From the NCBI RefSeq assembly GCF_001194135.2, contig NC_069006.1, positions 18,921,840-18,974,906 of the forward strand: a stretch of DNA of 53,067 nucleotides, read 5' to 3'. Positions 1 through 13,800 of this stretch are shown here, in pieces; within the stretch, counting starts at the first letter, position 1; the number at the start of each line of letters is the position of its first letter. The notes beneath the pieces were generated by a model. That model had not been told where the DNA came from. It searched no databases and saw only the letters and a list, made by a program, of their open reading frames with translations. Source of the stretch: Octopus bimaculoides (Eukaryota). The position numbers were made by a program, and so were the translations under genes.

Positions 1-737
1 CAACAGGTTGATCGCGAATGACTCGTTTTTTGGTTTTAATCTAATTTAGGGAAATACCCGATTATAAATATAGAAAGAGAGCTAGTGTGAGTTTGTTCTG
101 GGATAATAATCATTGGTCGAGATTGATCCGCTGATTAAGCGTTGAAAGAAATCTTGAACTAATTTAAATATCAATTTTTTTTAGGGGGAATCGCATGACC
201 GTGACATATAGAACACATTATCGAAAACGAAAATCGCCAAAATTAAAAAATTAAAAAGTTACAGCCATTTTCCCTCAGTGTCTAATTCCAATGTCCACCG
301 TAATTTTATTATAAGTGTTTTCTAAATAAGATATGTATTTAACTGAAAACAGTAAGCGAGTTACAATTATTTGATCACCCAGGCCGCATAAATATTAGCC
401 CTTCGCCTGTTCGGTGTACCATTTGCGATACACAGGACATGTTTCTCGGGTATCCATGCAGCATATATGATAAATATTCCCTCACCCCACTTTTTTTTTT
501 GTAAACCACCATCAGAATAACGTAGGATTTGTAGCAGTTCTTGTCACTATTATATACTAAGAAGATACTTTAACTATTTTTTTTCTGTTTTTTATGTGTA
601 CATAGTAGTTTCATTTTCATAAAATGTGCTCAACAGTCCATGCTATGTAAGTGCAGATCTTAGCGCTTTATGGGTTAAGTTGATCATGAACTATAAAATT
701 TCAACATCAGGTCAACACAATTCTGTAGTATTTATAA

Positions 738-945
738 TTAACCCTTTAACATTCAAATTATACTGTCAAAAGTAATGCTTATTTATTTACACTGTTTTGA
801 ATTAATCATGCGTTATTTTGATGGTGTGATTGTCTAGTTTTAGAATAATCTTCTAGGGTAAGTTTGAGAGGTCGGATCTGGACAGTTTAAACATAAAACA
901 GAGTATTTTTGTTGGATATGGTTGGTTTAACTGCTAACGGCTTAC
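738..945 (+). mobile_element. piggyBac-like MITE family 2 (second copy at 23239-23458 in the opposite orientation)
   Basis: Begins TTAACCCTTTAACATTC, and the right end is decayed (tttaactgctaacggctta). Reverse-complement similarity to 23239-23458. Confidence 0.6.
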
Positions 946-1901
946 CAAGACAAGAGAAAATATACACAGTAAATTCATTTTGGCCTGCTGAAGTGACATG
1001 TTCAAGCTGAGCAGAGAGTGTGAAAACAGATATTACATAAGTAAGAGATTGTGTAGCAGGTTCACAGATTAGCACACACTCCGAAAGTTGGTGCTAAAAC
1101 TACTTTTTATATAACCCTTGTAGGGAAAAGTTCCAGAAGGATCAGTGGTTCTCAATAGGATATAAGATTTTCGTTAAAATTTATGTGCAATGAACTGTAC
1201 ACGAAATATTTTAACATTTTTTATACAATTCCTAATAATATTAAATCATAAATATACAATACGAGATTTTAGATATCAAACGTCTATGAGGAACCTATAT
1301 CCTGAATAAAATAGGAATCAAAGGCATCCAAAGGTAAAAAAAAAAACTGGAAATCTTAAAATCTTTTTAATGTTTAAGGAGAATGAAATATTTAATGTGT
1401 ATATTTTGTACACCTTTATTCTCGATTTAAAATTCGAACTTCAAAATCTGCTCCAATTTAACAAAATCTAGAAGGAATTGTCTCCCCTACGTTAGATGAC
1501 CACCAAATCAGGTTATCTGCATGAATTACTTTAGCTGCAATATAAAACAGCACATGACCATGCAGGTGGGGCCAAGTCAGAATTTTCTGCAGGTTAAGTA
1601 GCCCAGCCTGCTCAAAAGGTCCCTAAATAAGGGTTATTTAAGGATGATAAACAAAACACCCCTGTTTCAAAAGCTGAGTTATTCAAACTGCTAAGAATTC
1701 CTCTCAACACATGGTTATGATGCTCTTCTAATACACCTGCTTCTAAAACAGATGACAATCGTTGCAGCAATATGAACACAAAGACAGTCTCTCATAACTC
1801 ATGCTGAATGATAAAATATTACAGATTAGCAGCTTGAAACCCTTATCTGCACCCAGAATGAAAATATTGAAAATGTCTTGTGAAATTGTTTCCTGACTAC
1901 A

Positions 1902-2129
1902 TTAACCCTTTCGTTACCAACCCGGTTGAAACCGGTTCTGGCTCTGAGTACAAATATCTTGTTTTCATAAGTTTTGAATTAAAATCTTCCACCAAAACTT
2001 AGTCACAATTTATGTTCCTAACACTAGCTTAATGATAACTAAGTTATTTTACTAAATTCTTTGTTATATTTAAAGTAATTGAAAGAAACACAGAGCATCT
2101 CAAAATAAATACAGTAACAAAAGGGTTAA
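1902..2129 (+). mobile_element. piggyBac-like MITE family 1, copy 1
   Basis: TTAA-CCCTTTCGTTAC...GTAACAAAAGGG-TTAA; 228 bp with no coding capacity. Confidence 0.8.
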
Positions 2130-2286
2130 GAACTCTTTTGCAAGGTGGATGTCCGACTGGTAATATTAATCTGTATGTAAGAAATTCCTCTCCACACGCT
2201 TTTACTAAATTATCAATGATCTGTGAGGAGTCAAAAAAAATCCCATGAAAGCTTTTTAAACTCATCATCATCCTTTAATGTCCATT

Positions 2287-2775
2287 TTCCAGCACAACAC
2301 TAAAATTATTACAGATAACTAGTGCCAAATCTAATCTGAGGAATTGCAACTACAAAGATGAGACTTGCTGTCTGTTGGAAGGAAAATGTTTTGAAAAAGG
2401 TATTGTTTATAGAGCCAAAGTGCAAATAGATGGCTTGCAAGAATATAAAATACATGCAGGAGCTTCAGAAAATTCATTCAAGACTCGATTCTATTCCCAC
2501 TGAAATTCCTTCCGATACTCTGAGAACAGGACAGCGACTAATCTTACAAAGTATGTCTGGGAATTGAAAGAGAATGACACCCATCCTTTCAATGTAACCT
2601 GGAAGATTCTAGATAAAGCATTAGCATACAGACATGGAGCTTATAAAAGACCTATGAAATGTCATCTTTGGCTCCCTGAAAAATGTTCTTCATCCCGTTC
2701 CAGGATAAAAACGGTTTGAACCAGAGACGTGAGCTCTTAAATTCCTGTAGGCATGCCACAAAATTTTAAATGTCA
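2287..2775 (+). mobile_element. Penelope-like element, degenerate GIY-YIG endonuclease region
   Basis: Translates as RNCNYKDETCCLLEGKCFEKGIVYRAKV...HAGASENSFKTRFYSH*NSFRY...TNLTKYVWELKE...FNVTWKILDKA...CHLWLPEK, then a frameshift to LNQRRELLNSCRH. This matches the CNC...CPLxGxC...VY...YIG...FKxRY..H..SF...LS.YIW.LK...W.I...CxLC.xEK...LN.R.EL...CRH pattern of Penelope-like endonucleases. Confidence 0.85.
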
Positions 2776-3596
2776 ACCGACAAAATACTGTATGGGTAAT
2801 ATGTGTTGTCTTTTTTGACTGTTGCATTTCAATTTGACTTTACAGTGTATGGTTATTTTGCATCACAACGATGATGTATATATTTCGACTTAATCTTTAA
2901 GAAAGCCTTCGACTGTTTTGTAAATCTAATTTTAAGCTTAAACTTTGCCAAGGTTCATTTTTATTTTATTTATTTTTACTCACCTTTTTAATTATGTTAC
3001 ACCAAATTAATGTACAATTTCATTATTTTATATTTTTTATTTTATTTTTTACATTTTGATATACACACTGATCAGTTCTTTTAAAATTGTTTGCATATAT
3101 GTGTTATGATGTATATATGTCTCTATATATTTATATTTATGTGTATGTATGTATTGTAGGTATGTATATGTATGTATGTATGTACATGTGCATGTGTGTA
3201 AGTATGCATGTATGTATATATACATATATATGTGCATGCGTACATAGATGTGTATGTATAGGTGTTTATACTTTTATTTATGTGAGCATGTATTTTCATA
3301 CATATTTTTGTATATTTGTGTACGTATCCATATAGGTGTATATTTGTATGTATATCTCTACTAATGTAGTATACATGTAATTTCATGTGTGCGTTCATTG
3401 AACAAACTATATGAAGTATCTACACCTGTTGGCTACTTGCAAGCTTCTTACCACACAGGCACACCAGTGCCTATTTTTGTATGACATGCTAATGACTCTG
3501 CTAGCTTGACACTTTCTTTAAGACTGTAATATGGAAGGTGCCGGAAAATAAATCATTTTGAATAAATGAACAAGACACAGCAACTTCTATAAAAAG

Positions 3597-3602
3597 TTTA
3601 TT
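3597..3602 (-). promoter_or_regulatory. Candidate MVP polyadenylation signal AATAAA
   Basis: AATAAA on the minus strand about 530 nt after the stop, followed by a GT/T-rich tract (gttgctgtgtcttgtt). Confidence 0.5.
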
Positions 3603-3719
3603 GATATTAATAATATTGCAATGATATTAAATATTATAAGGAATAATTAGAAGTGTGTATACAGTGCCATGATAGGTAAAGAAAGGTTCTATACAAAGCA
3701 GCAAAAAATTTTTTTAATT

Positions 3720-3759
<40 letters not shown>

Positions 3760-4131
3760 AATCAATGTAGTATGTAGTTAGAACAAATTACTCAATAGGC
3801 ACTTGCAGTCTTGTAGAGCATTATATATATACACACATATATATATATATATTGCCTGTAGTTACTTCAGTACCATGGTTTCAAGGTTTGTATTTTGCTT
3901 GAGAAACTACAATGGAAGTCTGAAAACAGCTTTCTCTAAATTCCAGGATATAAGTATGTAGGTATGATATGGCAGGAATTAAAGAAACTACATATATATG
4001 TACACATATATAAAATATATGAAATATGATATATATATGCATGCAGTGTGAAAGAGCATGAGAAGACACAGAAACAAATAAAAAAGAGAAACAAATGGGA
4101 AAATATGTCTCATCCAAAGACATCTTGTTGT

Positions 4132-4485
4132 CTATTCTGATTCATGCTGTGATACAAGGCTGGCATCATAAGGTCTTTCTTGGCCACTGTTGATGAAACC
4201 TCCAACCATGCCTTGAGCCAAATTAAAGAGGTTGATTGGAGTGCTTCCATCTGTAATCAATGTAGACTTGATACCAAGAGCTTGGAGCAGTTTCATCTGG
4301 CTCTCTTGTCCAGATATGGCAATTGCTCTCAGAGTTTCAGTACCAAGACTTTCAATCATACGCTCAAACATCTTTATTTGAATATCACCCATCTCGGTGG
4401 TCTTGTTAACCTCGAGTGCATTCTTCTCAGCAATGTACTTCAGTTCTGCGTTGCGGGCTTGAGTGATTTGGGCCAGTTTTGCCTC
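4132..4485 (-). CDS. MVP: MVP coding exon 14 (aa 755-871 + TAG), EAKLAQ...SQHESE
   Basis: Acceptor ttttttccttaaag|GAG; stop TAG at 4134-4132; contains [24 protein letters not shown]. Confidence 0.95.
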   Translation of the reverse strand, partial: EAKLAQITQARNAELKYIAEKNALEVNKTTEMGDIQIKMFERMIESLGTETLRAIAISGQESQMKLLQALGIKSTLITDGSTPINLFNLAQGMVGGFINSGQERPYDASLVSQHESE

Positions 4486-7264
4486 CTTTAAGGAAAAAAA
4501 TATTATAAAACAATGAATATCATAAACCATACTTGACAAATTTATTTTATAAGAAATTTAGGTTAAGAGTTCAACTCCTTCAAAGACATTATGAACATAC
4601 AAAAAGCTCCTTCTTCTAACAGATATGATAGTAAAGCCCTTTGACCCTTTAACTGAGAAATTAAATTTCATGGTTATTCCAGTAATGATGTCAAATATCT
4701 ACCCGAAAATAGAATTGGTATTTTCTGAAAATCATATTTCCCTCAATAAACTTGATATATCATCATCATTTAACATCCATCTTATATGCTGGCATAGGTT
4801 GGACAGTTTGACAGGAGCCAGCCAGCCAGACAGAAGACTGCACCCAGACTTCTGTGTGTGTTTTGGCATGGTTTTTACAGCTGGATGCCCTTCCTAACAC
4901 CAACCACCCCGCAGAGTAGACTGAGTGCTTTTTACATGGCACCAGCACAGACGAGGTCAGTTTTGGCGTGGTTTTTACAGCTGGATGCCCTTTCAAATGT
5001 CTACCACTTTACAGTGTGGACTGGATGCCTTTTACGTGGCACCAGCACTGGCAGGGACACCAAATAACTTGCAAGACAAGGAATTTTTTGAGAGGAGAGG
5101 GGGGCATTGGAGGAGGTGACCTTGTGTCAGATGATGAAAGGTTAGAGTTTGACAGAAATAGGTGTCTTGCTATACATGGTTACCCAGAAAGAGAAAGAAA
5201 GAGAGCGAGAGGAAGACAATAGAAAATTACTATTTTTAAATCTCACGTGAGATATTTAGCAACAGTACTTTGTAGTAAAGATTGTTTGCCAACATAACAT
5301 GGCAGTCCTGGTTTAGGACTAATGTTGCTGTAATTTAGCCCCAGGAGACATCACCTTCAGCTGGCTATACGACACGATCTGTGTCTTTATATTTTCGAAC
5401 AAGAGGATCTAGTAATTACTATTTAAAAATAGTAATTTTCTAATTCATAAATCTGATTAGTTGTCACTTTGAAAACTATATATTTCGAAGGGAATTTAAT
5501 CAAACAATTATTCTGTGCTGTTGAAGAGAAATAACCCAGAAATTGCGATACACAGATATTGTTTTGAGCTGAGTGGGGGTGCTAGATTCCCTTGTTCGAA
5601 AATATAAGGACACAGATTGTGTTGTTAGCCAGCTGGAGACGATGTCGCCTGGGGGCTAAATTACAGCAACATTAGTCCTAAACCAGGACTGCCATGTTAT
5701 GTTGACAAACAATCTTTACTACAGGAAGAAAATAGTTTCAAATATGACATTCCTCAACAAAAGACTGGTATATAAAAACTGCTTTCTGTAGTTAAAGATA
5801 ATGAAATTTTGAGTGGATATATCTGATTTCCACAGTAAAGAGGCTAAGTTGTTTCTGAACTGCATTGAGGTCAATCTAGTATTACCTTGATTCACAAATT
5901 TGAAGTTTGTTAAATCATCATCGTCGTTGATAATAGTAAATTGAAAAATCTGAGAGTTTTCGGTCAGCTAATCTAAGACAGAATTAGAGAAATAAGTGAC
6001 TGTGTGATAAACTTTAATAAATGAATGTGATGACATGGTAATGAAATAGACAGAATAGTGAAAAGAACTAAATAAGGGGTTATGATCTGCACATAAATAG
6101 AAGAGTAGATGAACGAGGTTGAAAAAGACAAAACTTCTTCTGAGCATCTTCTGAGATTCGTATTTCTTCGTCAGAGGTATTAAAATCGAGTAGGGGAATC
6201 AGAGGGCATGCATTAGTTTATATAGGGTGTTGGCGGTGGAAGAAGTCCTGGTGAAGCGAGTGGTAATCAAAAGAGAGAGAGACAGAGTAAGGCAGGGAGA
6301 GAGGGGGGGGTCAGAACACGAGGGAGAAAAATTTTTCTTTTAGGATTTGGGTAACATAATTTAACGAGGTCAGCAAATGTTGATGTCTCGTTAAATTATG
6401 CTANNNNNNNNNNACTCTCTCTCTCTCTGTGCCTTACTCTGTCTCTCTTTTGGTTACCACTCACTTCCCTGAGTATATATGGTAAATGAAGAAGTAGAAA
6501 TTATTTATCCAAGAAACTCCACCTTAATAAATTCATGGGAAAAGTAGATGTCAAAAAGCAACAATGATGATGACAATATGTAATAGGTGTAATACTTACC
6601 GATTCTATTTTCTCAGCAGCTGTCTTCAATTTCGCTTGTTCAACAGCAGCTTCACCCTCAATACGAGCAGCTTCTGCTCGCGACTGGGCTTCTGCTTTCG
6701 CTTGACCAGTGCTCTCAACAGCTGCACTTTTAGCTTTCAGTTCTAAAAGTTCACTTCGGGCCACTTCAGCTGTTGCCTCATCATTTAGTTTCTGTTTTTC
6801 CATGTTTCCTTTTGCTTCTTGTTCAAGACGTTCAGCCACATGTCTGCAAATTTACATTTTGTGTGATGTATTAGGAAGACTGACTTGACATAATACACAT
6901 ATATATATACACACACACATACATATATATTTAAGGTGGTGAGTTGGCAGGATTGTTAGCACACCATTCATGTGTCGATCGTTGCCAGTGCCACCTGACT
7001 AGCTCCTATGCCAGTAGCATGTAAACAGCACCATCTGAATATGGCCAAAGCCAGTGCCACCTGACTGGCTCCCGTGCCGGTGACATGTAAAAAGCACCTA
7101 CTACACTCTCGGAGTAGTTGGCATTACAAAGGGCATCCAGCTGTAGAAACATTGCCAGATCAGATTGGAGCCAGGTGCAGCCTCCTGGCTTGCCAGTCCC
7201 CAGTCAAACCGTCCAACCCATGCTAGCATGGAAAGCGGACGCTAAACGATGATGATGATGATGA

Positions 7265-7300
<36 letters not shown>

Positions 7301-10300
7301 GCTTGACCACGAAATATACAAGTTTTTTTTATTCTCTCTCTGTTCATTTTCTCTTATTTTTTTCTGTTGAAGAGCATAGGCCCGAAACATAAAAGACTTT
7401 CTCACTTTTCCAAGCATCAAACAAATACACCTGCTTGTTGTTCATACACCTGTCTTCATCTTTTGTTTTCTGTAAATTTCAACTATATATATATATATAT
7501 ATATATCTTTCGCCATTCAAGTCATTACCTTCTTTGATGTAACACATGGACAATACAGACCACAGGAATAAGTTGAATAATACAATAATTATCATCAAAC
7601 AACAGGTGTAGTAAATAATAATAAATTGGAACACTCTTTAGTTATAGTACTTATAAATCAGGTTGAATGAAGGATTAAATAAAAGTTGTTCAATGAAACA
7701 AACCTGGCATTAGCTTCTTGAGAGTTGGTGGTGATCTCAATGGCAAGTTGGACAGATTTCTGGAGAGCATCACGTGTACGCTGATCAACAGGTTCGACAG
7801 ACTGGATATCAATGTTTGTAATGACAAGGTTATTCTGTGGGAAAAGGAAGTGCTCGCGCACTTTTGCATTTTCAGTGACGCCAAAAACAGAGGCGCGAAT
7901 GATTTTAGCAGAGTTCTGAAGCAGAAACAAAGAAGGTTATAAATGTATGTGTAAGTGTGTGTGTACATATATATATATTCTTTGAGTCTTTTACTTGTTT
8001 CAGTCAATTGACTATAGCCATACTGGCGCACTGCCTTGAAGAATTTTAATTGAATGAATCAGCCCCAGTACTTTTATTTTATTTTTTTTAAAGCTTGGAA
8101 CTGTTACCAAACTGCTAAGTTAGGGGAACAGAAACACACCAGCACCAGTTGTCAAGTAGTGGTGGGGGACAAACAGACACAAACACACATGGCAAGCTTC
8201 TTTCAATTTCTATCTACCAAGTCCATATGAGACATTTTATGTTTGAAAATTTGTTTGTAAACTCTTCTTGAGGATACAGTGCTCATAGTTGGGGCGGATG
8301 AGATAAAAAAAAAAAAGGTGCAAGGTTAGAGTGGCTAATGTTCAGTTTGAACTATTTCCAGTTAAAGAACATGTGATTTTATAAGGATTTGCAGAGGGAT
8401 GGCAGTTTTGTAGAATAAGGATTTTAAACAAAAAACTTTGCTATGAAGTCTGAGAGATAAAAGACGATAGTAAGTATTATCATTTAACATCCACTTTTCC
8501 ATGCTTGAATTGGTTGGATGAAGATTATCTGAGACAGAATTTCTATGGCTGGATGGTCTTCCTGCTGCCAGCCCCCCACTTGATTCTAAGTAAGATAATA
8601 TTTTTCCATGCCCTGACATGTTCTCGCAGTATATTGGAAATGAACAGCACTGCTTGTATGACAGGGATACTCATTTACAACTGTAACAATGTCGAAAGAG
8701 ACACAAACACATGAACACACACACATAATATATGTATGCATATTCAGTGGGCTTCTTTCAATTTCCATCTACCAAATCTATTGACAAGGTTTCAGTTGGC
8801 CCAGGGCTATAGTAGAAAGCATTTGCCCAAGTTACCACACAGTGGGACTGAACCCTGAATTATGTAGTTTGGGAGCAAACTTCTTACCACACAGCCACAC
8901 CTGCACCTATTGAGTTCAATAAATTTTGCTCCATGCTTTTGTCATTTATGTTCTGAAATAGTGATGGTTTTACCATGGTTGCTGCTATTCACAATAGTGA
9001 GAAGAAATAAGGTTTGAAAATGTCTAACCTTGTGAAAATCATCAAATTTCACACCAGCTACGGCACCTCGAATCCGAGAAGCTATGGCTTTACAGGCATC
9101 TCCAACAAAATCTGGTACACTGAACAGCATAGCAGCAATCTCTGGATCGTTTTTGTCATCGACTTGAAAATGCCTGAAATATCAAACAGTCATATCACGA
9201 CATCATATTACATACATCAATTATGAAACACCACTCATGATATCAATTCACCATTACATCTCAACACCATACTCTGATATCGCATTCACATAACCACCTC
9301 TCTACATCCTCCACATCACATTACTATATAACATTCTTATATCTATTTACTGGAACTTCTGCTTTTACACACACACACACACGGATATACAGTAGTATCA
9401 GTGCAAAGCAGTGGTAAGAAATAAACAAACTTCAGTTAATGGATATGCAAATATCTTGAAAATATCCCATGGAGTGACAACCATACCCTGCATAGAGGAA
9501 CACTCTTTAGTTATAGTACTTATAAACCTGCCACTGTATATATGTATATATACATTTACATATCAATATGCATATATATATGTGTGCGTGTCTCTAAAGG
9601 TAGTACTCCAGTATGGCTGTAGTCAAATGACTGAAACAAGTAAAAGAATAAAAGAATATATATATACACACACAGACACACATGTGTATATATATATATA
9701 TATATATATACATGCGCACACATAAATATATACATGCACACACACACAAACATATATTCTGCCAGAAATTGAACTCACAGGCTTAAAATCATGAGCTGAA
9801 TACCCTAACCATTAAGCCACGCGCCTTCACTAGCATTATAGTAAGTTTGAAGTATTGGCCTGCATCAATTTCTACTAACCAGTTGTAGGAGAGCTGAAGT
9901 TGTAATCGTGCATGGTCAGATGTTTCAACTGTGATGATATCTGTACAGAAATCAGGTCCAAGCAGTAGACATAGAGAACGAATCATGTTAGGTTTCTTGG
10001 GTTTGCCTCCAGATAAGCGCAACTGAGTAAACTGTTCATCAGGTTGAAGCATAACAAGGTCAGGTCCAAAGGTCACTCTGTTAAAAATAAATGATATTTG
10101 TATTAGCATTATACAAAATACTATGTCATATTTGGTTTGGTTCTTTAAATTCTGAGTTCAAATCTTCAGGTCAACTTTGTTTTTTTANNNNNNNNNNNNN
10201 NNNNNNNNNNNNNNNNNNNNNNNNNNNNNNNNNNNNNNNNNNNNNNNNNNNNNNNNNNNNNNNNNNNNNNNNNNNNNNNNNNNNNNNNNNNNNNNNNNNN

Positions 10301-10804
10301 NNNNNNNNNNNNNNNNNNNNNNNNNNNNNNNNNNNNNNNNNNNNNNNNNNNNNNNNNNNNNNNNNNNNNNNNNNNNNNNNNNNNNNNNNNNNNNNNNNNN
10401 NNNNNNNNNNNNNNNNNNNNNNNNNNNNNNNNNNNNNNNNNNNNNNNNNNNNNNNNNNNNNNNNNNNNNNNNNNNNNNNNNNNNNNNNNNNNNNNNNNNN
10501 NNNGAGTCATGTGTTACTGAACTATGCCAGGTAATATAGAACTATCCCACAATATAAAATAGTACTACATTTGAGTGAATAGTGTTACATGGAACTGAAT
10601 TGATTTCTACATGATACCGAATACGTTTAACCAATGAATATATTTCTACAGGTGTGCCTGCATGGTAATGTTTGCTTCCCAGCTACATGGTTCTGGGTTC
10701 AGTCTCATTGTGTGACACCTTGGGCAAATGTCTTCTATAGCCCCAAGCCACCCAAAGCCTTGTAAGTCGATTTGACAAATGGAAACTGAAAGATGCTCAT
10801 TGTG

Positions 10805-10845
<41 letters not shown>

Positions 10846-13800
10846 TATAATTTATATTTTGGACGAATGGGTATAAATTGATTAGTGTGTTTAAGTGTTG
10901 AGTACATAGAAGAATATAGCAAAATGAACATTGTACAGAATAAAATTTAACACCAAATCCATCTTCTCATTACTTAATATATAAGAGGATGTTTGTTTTG
11001 TTTGTTATCTATATGTACGTATGTGTATATAGATAATGAAACAAAACAAAAAACATCAGCTTTTAGATTTGTATAAAGGCAAAGTAATTTTCTATAAAAC
11101 TTATATCTGAGGAGGTTCCATGAATGAGGTGAAAGTGCTAATAAAGAATTATCCAAAATTCTGACTACTTCCTTTTTCTAAATATATCAAATTTGTACAT
11201 CACTTCAAACAATATATATATATATATTTCAGATGACTAGTTTCAATGCTATGTTTGTCAAAAAACCTGCAGATCACATGGTAGTTTGAAGTGGCACTTG
11301 AACATTCCTAATAGATGATTGAGAAATGGAGCCAATGCTGAAATGAAACATTGCTGCAGCACATGACCAGCTCTTCAAATGCCTTTCAGGGCTCAAAAGA
11401 TCCCATGCTATGAAAGAGCAATTATAGGTACAAGAAGAGGTCAAGCTCTGGAGTAACGCTACTCAACAAGATGGATAGCTCGGAGATTAGCAAATCTCTC
11501 CAGGTTGAGTCATTACTTTCTTGCATTAAGAGTTCATAGCTCTGGTACTACAGAGGTGATTAGAATCATCATCATCATCGTTTAACGTCCGCTTTCCATG
11601 CTAGCATGGGTTGGACGATTTGACTGAGGACTGGTGAAACCGGATGGCTACACCAGGCTCCAATCTGATTTGGCAGAGTTTCTACAGCTGGATGCCCTTC
11701 CTAACGCCAACCACTCAGAGAGTGTAGTGGGTGCTTTTACATGCCACCGGCACAAAGGCCAGTCAGGGGGTACTGGCAACGGCCACGCTCAAATGGTGTA
11801 TTTTATGTGCCACCTGCACAAGAGCCAGGCCAGGGGCACTGGCAACGATCTCGCTCGAAAGTCCATTACACATGCCACAGGCACAAGTGCCAGAAAAGCG
11901 ACGCTGGGCACAGGTGCCATCCCGATTTCGCTTTCACTTGCCTCAATAAGTCTTCGCAAGCTGAGGCAGGGAATAATTGCAAGGTAGATTTTTCAAGCCA
12001 AGCCAACCAGCAGAAGACCCAAGAATGGACTAAGAATGAAATGGCTGGATAATATCCATAGTCTCAGTTGGTCATGCTTGGGAATCCATTTGGAAAGTCT
12101 AATGACAGTTGTTGCTTCTGATAGGACCTTATGGAGAAGGTGCCTGAGGACTCTACCCCTATGACCCTCCCAGAAATAGTGGGCAGATAAGATGGATGGA
12201 TATAGAAGAACAAAAGTTTACCTTGCTTTCTTCTGCTTATAATCATAAATTTGCACAGCTGCATTATGGGGAACTCTATAAGTTACAGCTAATGTCTTAT
12301 TCCGTTTCTTATGAGACGAGTCAGATGATTTAGCTCTGGTACCTCGCTCAGCTAAAGGATCACATTCCAAGCTAAGCAATTCTTCAACAGCAGATGGTAA
12401 ATCTTTCTCCCAAAGTTCTTCATTTTCATTTAAAATATATGAGGTTCCACTCACTAATCTCACCTGTCATCAAAAAAATCAAAGTTTAGAAATGAGTTGA
12501 AAAACAAACAAAAGTTAGGCAAATTAATCAAAATGCATATAATGATCATAAGTGTTATTTAGCTCTAGATCAAGCAGACCTTTGATCAAAGACATTCCAG
12601 ACATGACCATCATGACATTTATTCAGACATAATGTGTCTAGTACATTATCCTATGTACTTTTACTTCTTTTTAAGATGGTAGGGTGTGATTTGGCTGTTA
12701 TTTCTAACAAGTTAAACAGCTGCACTAAAGCTTTCACTGTCTTGCAATGACAGCAAGAGATAATTCAGAACGTATACATGTGTATCTCTTTATGTATATG
12801 TTATGTGTGCATATAAACAAGAATGTTGTTGACAGTGACTTTGAAGTTTCAGCCAGCTAAGCCATATAATAGTGTAACATATCAGATTAATACAAAATTG
12901 TTTACATTAGTGTTTCGGGATGGTCATTTTATTAATTTTTTTGTCATTATAACTGTTTTTGATAAACAGGCGAATAAGATTTGTAAATTGGTTAAAGCTG
13001 AGCATCATTTTAACACGGTGAGCTGGCAGATTCTGAGTTCAAATTCTGCTGAGGTCATCTTTGCCTTTCATCCTTTTGGGGTTGATGAGATAAGTAGCAG
13101 TTGAGCACTGGGGTCGATGCAACTGACTTACCCACTCCCCTGAAATTCTGACCTTCTACCAACATTTGAAACCATTATTAAGTGGATGTTTAAGGTGGTG
13201 AGCTGGCAGAATCATTAGCATGCCAGACAAAATGATTAGTGGCATTTCATCTGTCTTTACATTCTGAGTTCAAATTCTGCCGAGGTCAACTTTGCCTTTC
13301 ATCCTTTTAGGGTTGATGAAATATGTACTAGTTGAGTACTGGGGTCAATGTAATTGACTTACCCATTTCCCAGAAATTTCTGGCCTTGTGCCAAAATTTG
13401 AAACCAAAAAAGGTAAAGACATGAATATTGAAGTCAGAAATAAATTATGTTTACTCTTTTACTCATTTACTTGTTTCAGTCATTTGACTGCGGCCATGCT
13501 GGAGCACCGCCTTTAGTCGAGCAAATCGACCCCAGGACTTATTCTTTGGAAGCCTAGTACTTATTCTATCGGTCTCTTTAGCCGAACCGCTAAGTTACGG
13601 GGACGTAAACACACCAGCATCGGTTGTCAAGCGATGTTGGGGGGACGCAGACACAAACATACACACACACACACATATATATATATACATATATACGACG
13701 GGCTTCTTTCAGTTTCCGTCTACCAAATCCACTCACAAGGCTTTGGTCGGCCCGAGGCTATAGTAGAAGACACTTGCCCAAGGTGCCACGCAGTGGGAAT

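Noticed and set aside
3049-3398. Many ORFs rich in Y/I/H/T/C/V/M or L/S (also 16715-17360, 24382-25022, 40171-40511, 47963-48720, 50003-50728)
   Set aside because: They are translations of (TA)n, (CA)n, (GA)n and (TCTA)n tracts or run through N gaps; they are not genes.
10188-10503. MVP exons hidden in assembly gaps
   Set aside because: The 14 identified exons already give a continuous, phase-compatible, full-length MVP with no missing motif.
11230-11560. Unique-looking intronic segment with nested short stems (ACTCAAC/GTTGAGT, GGAGATT/AATCTCTCC)
   Set aside because: All three plus-strand frames have stops and no recognisable motif, and the stems are short enough to arise by chance; it is probably an old TE remnant.
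11634-12052. ORFs [13 protein letters not shown]... (repeated at 49302 and 36028)
   Set aside because: They recur only because they lie in family E retroposon copies, and they show no protein motif.
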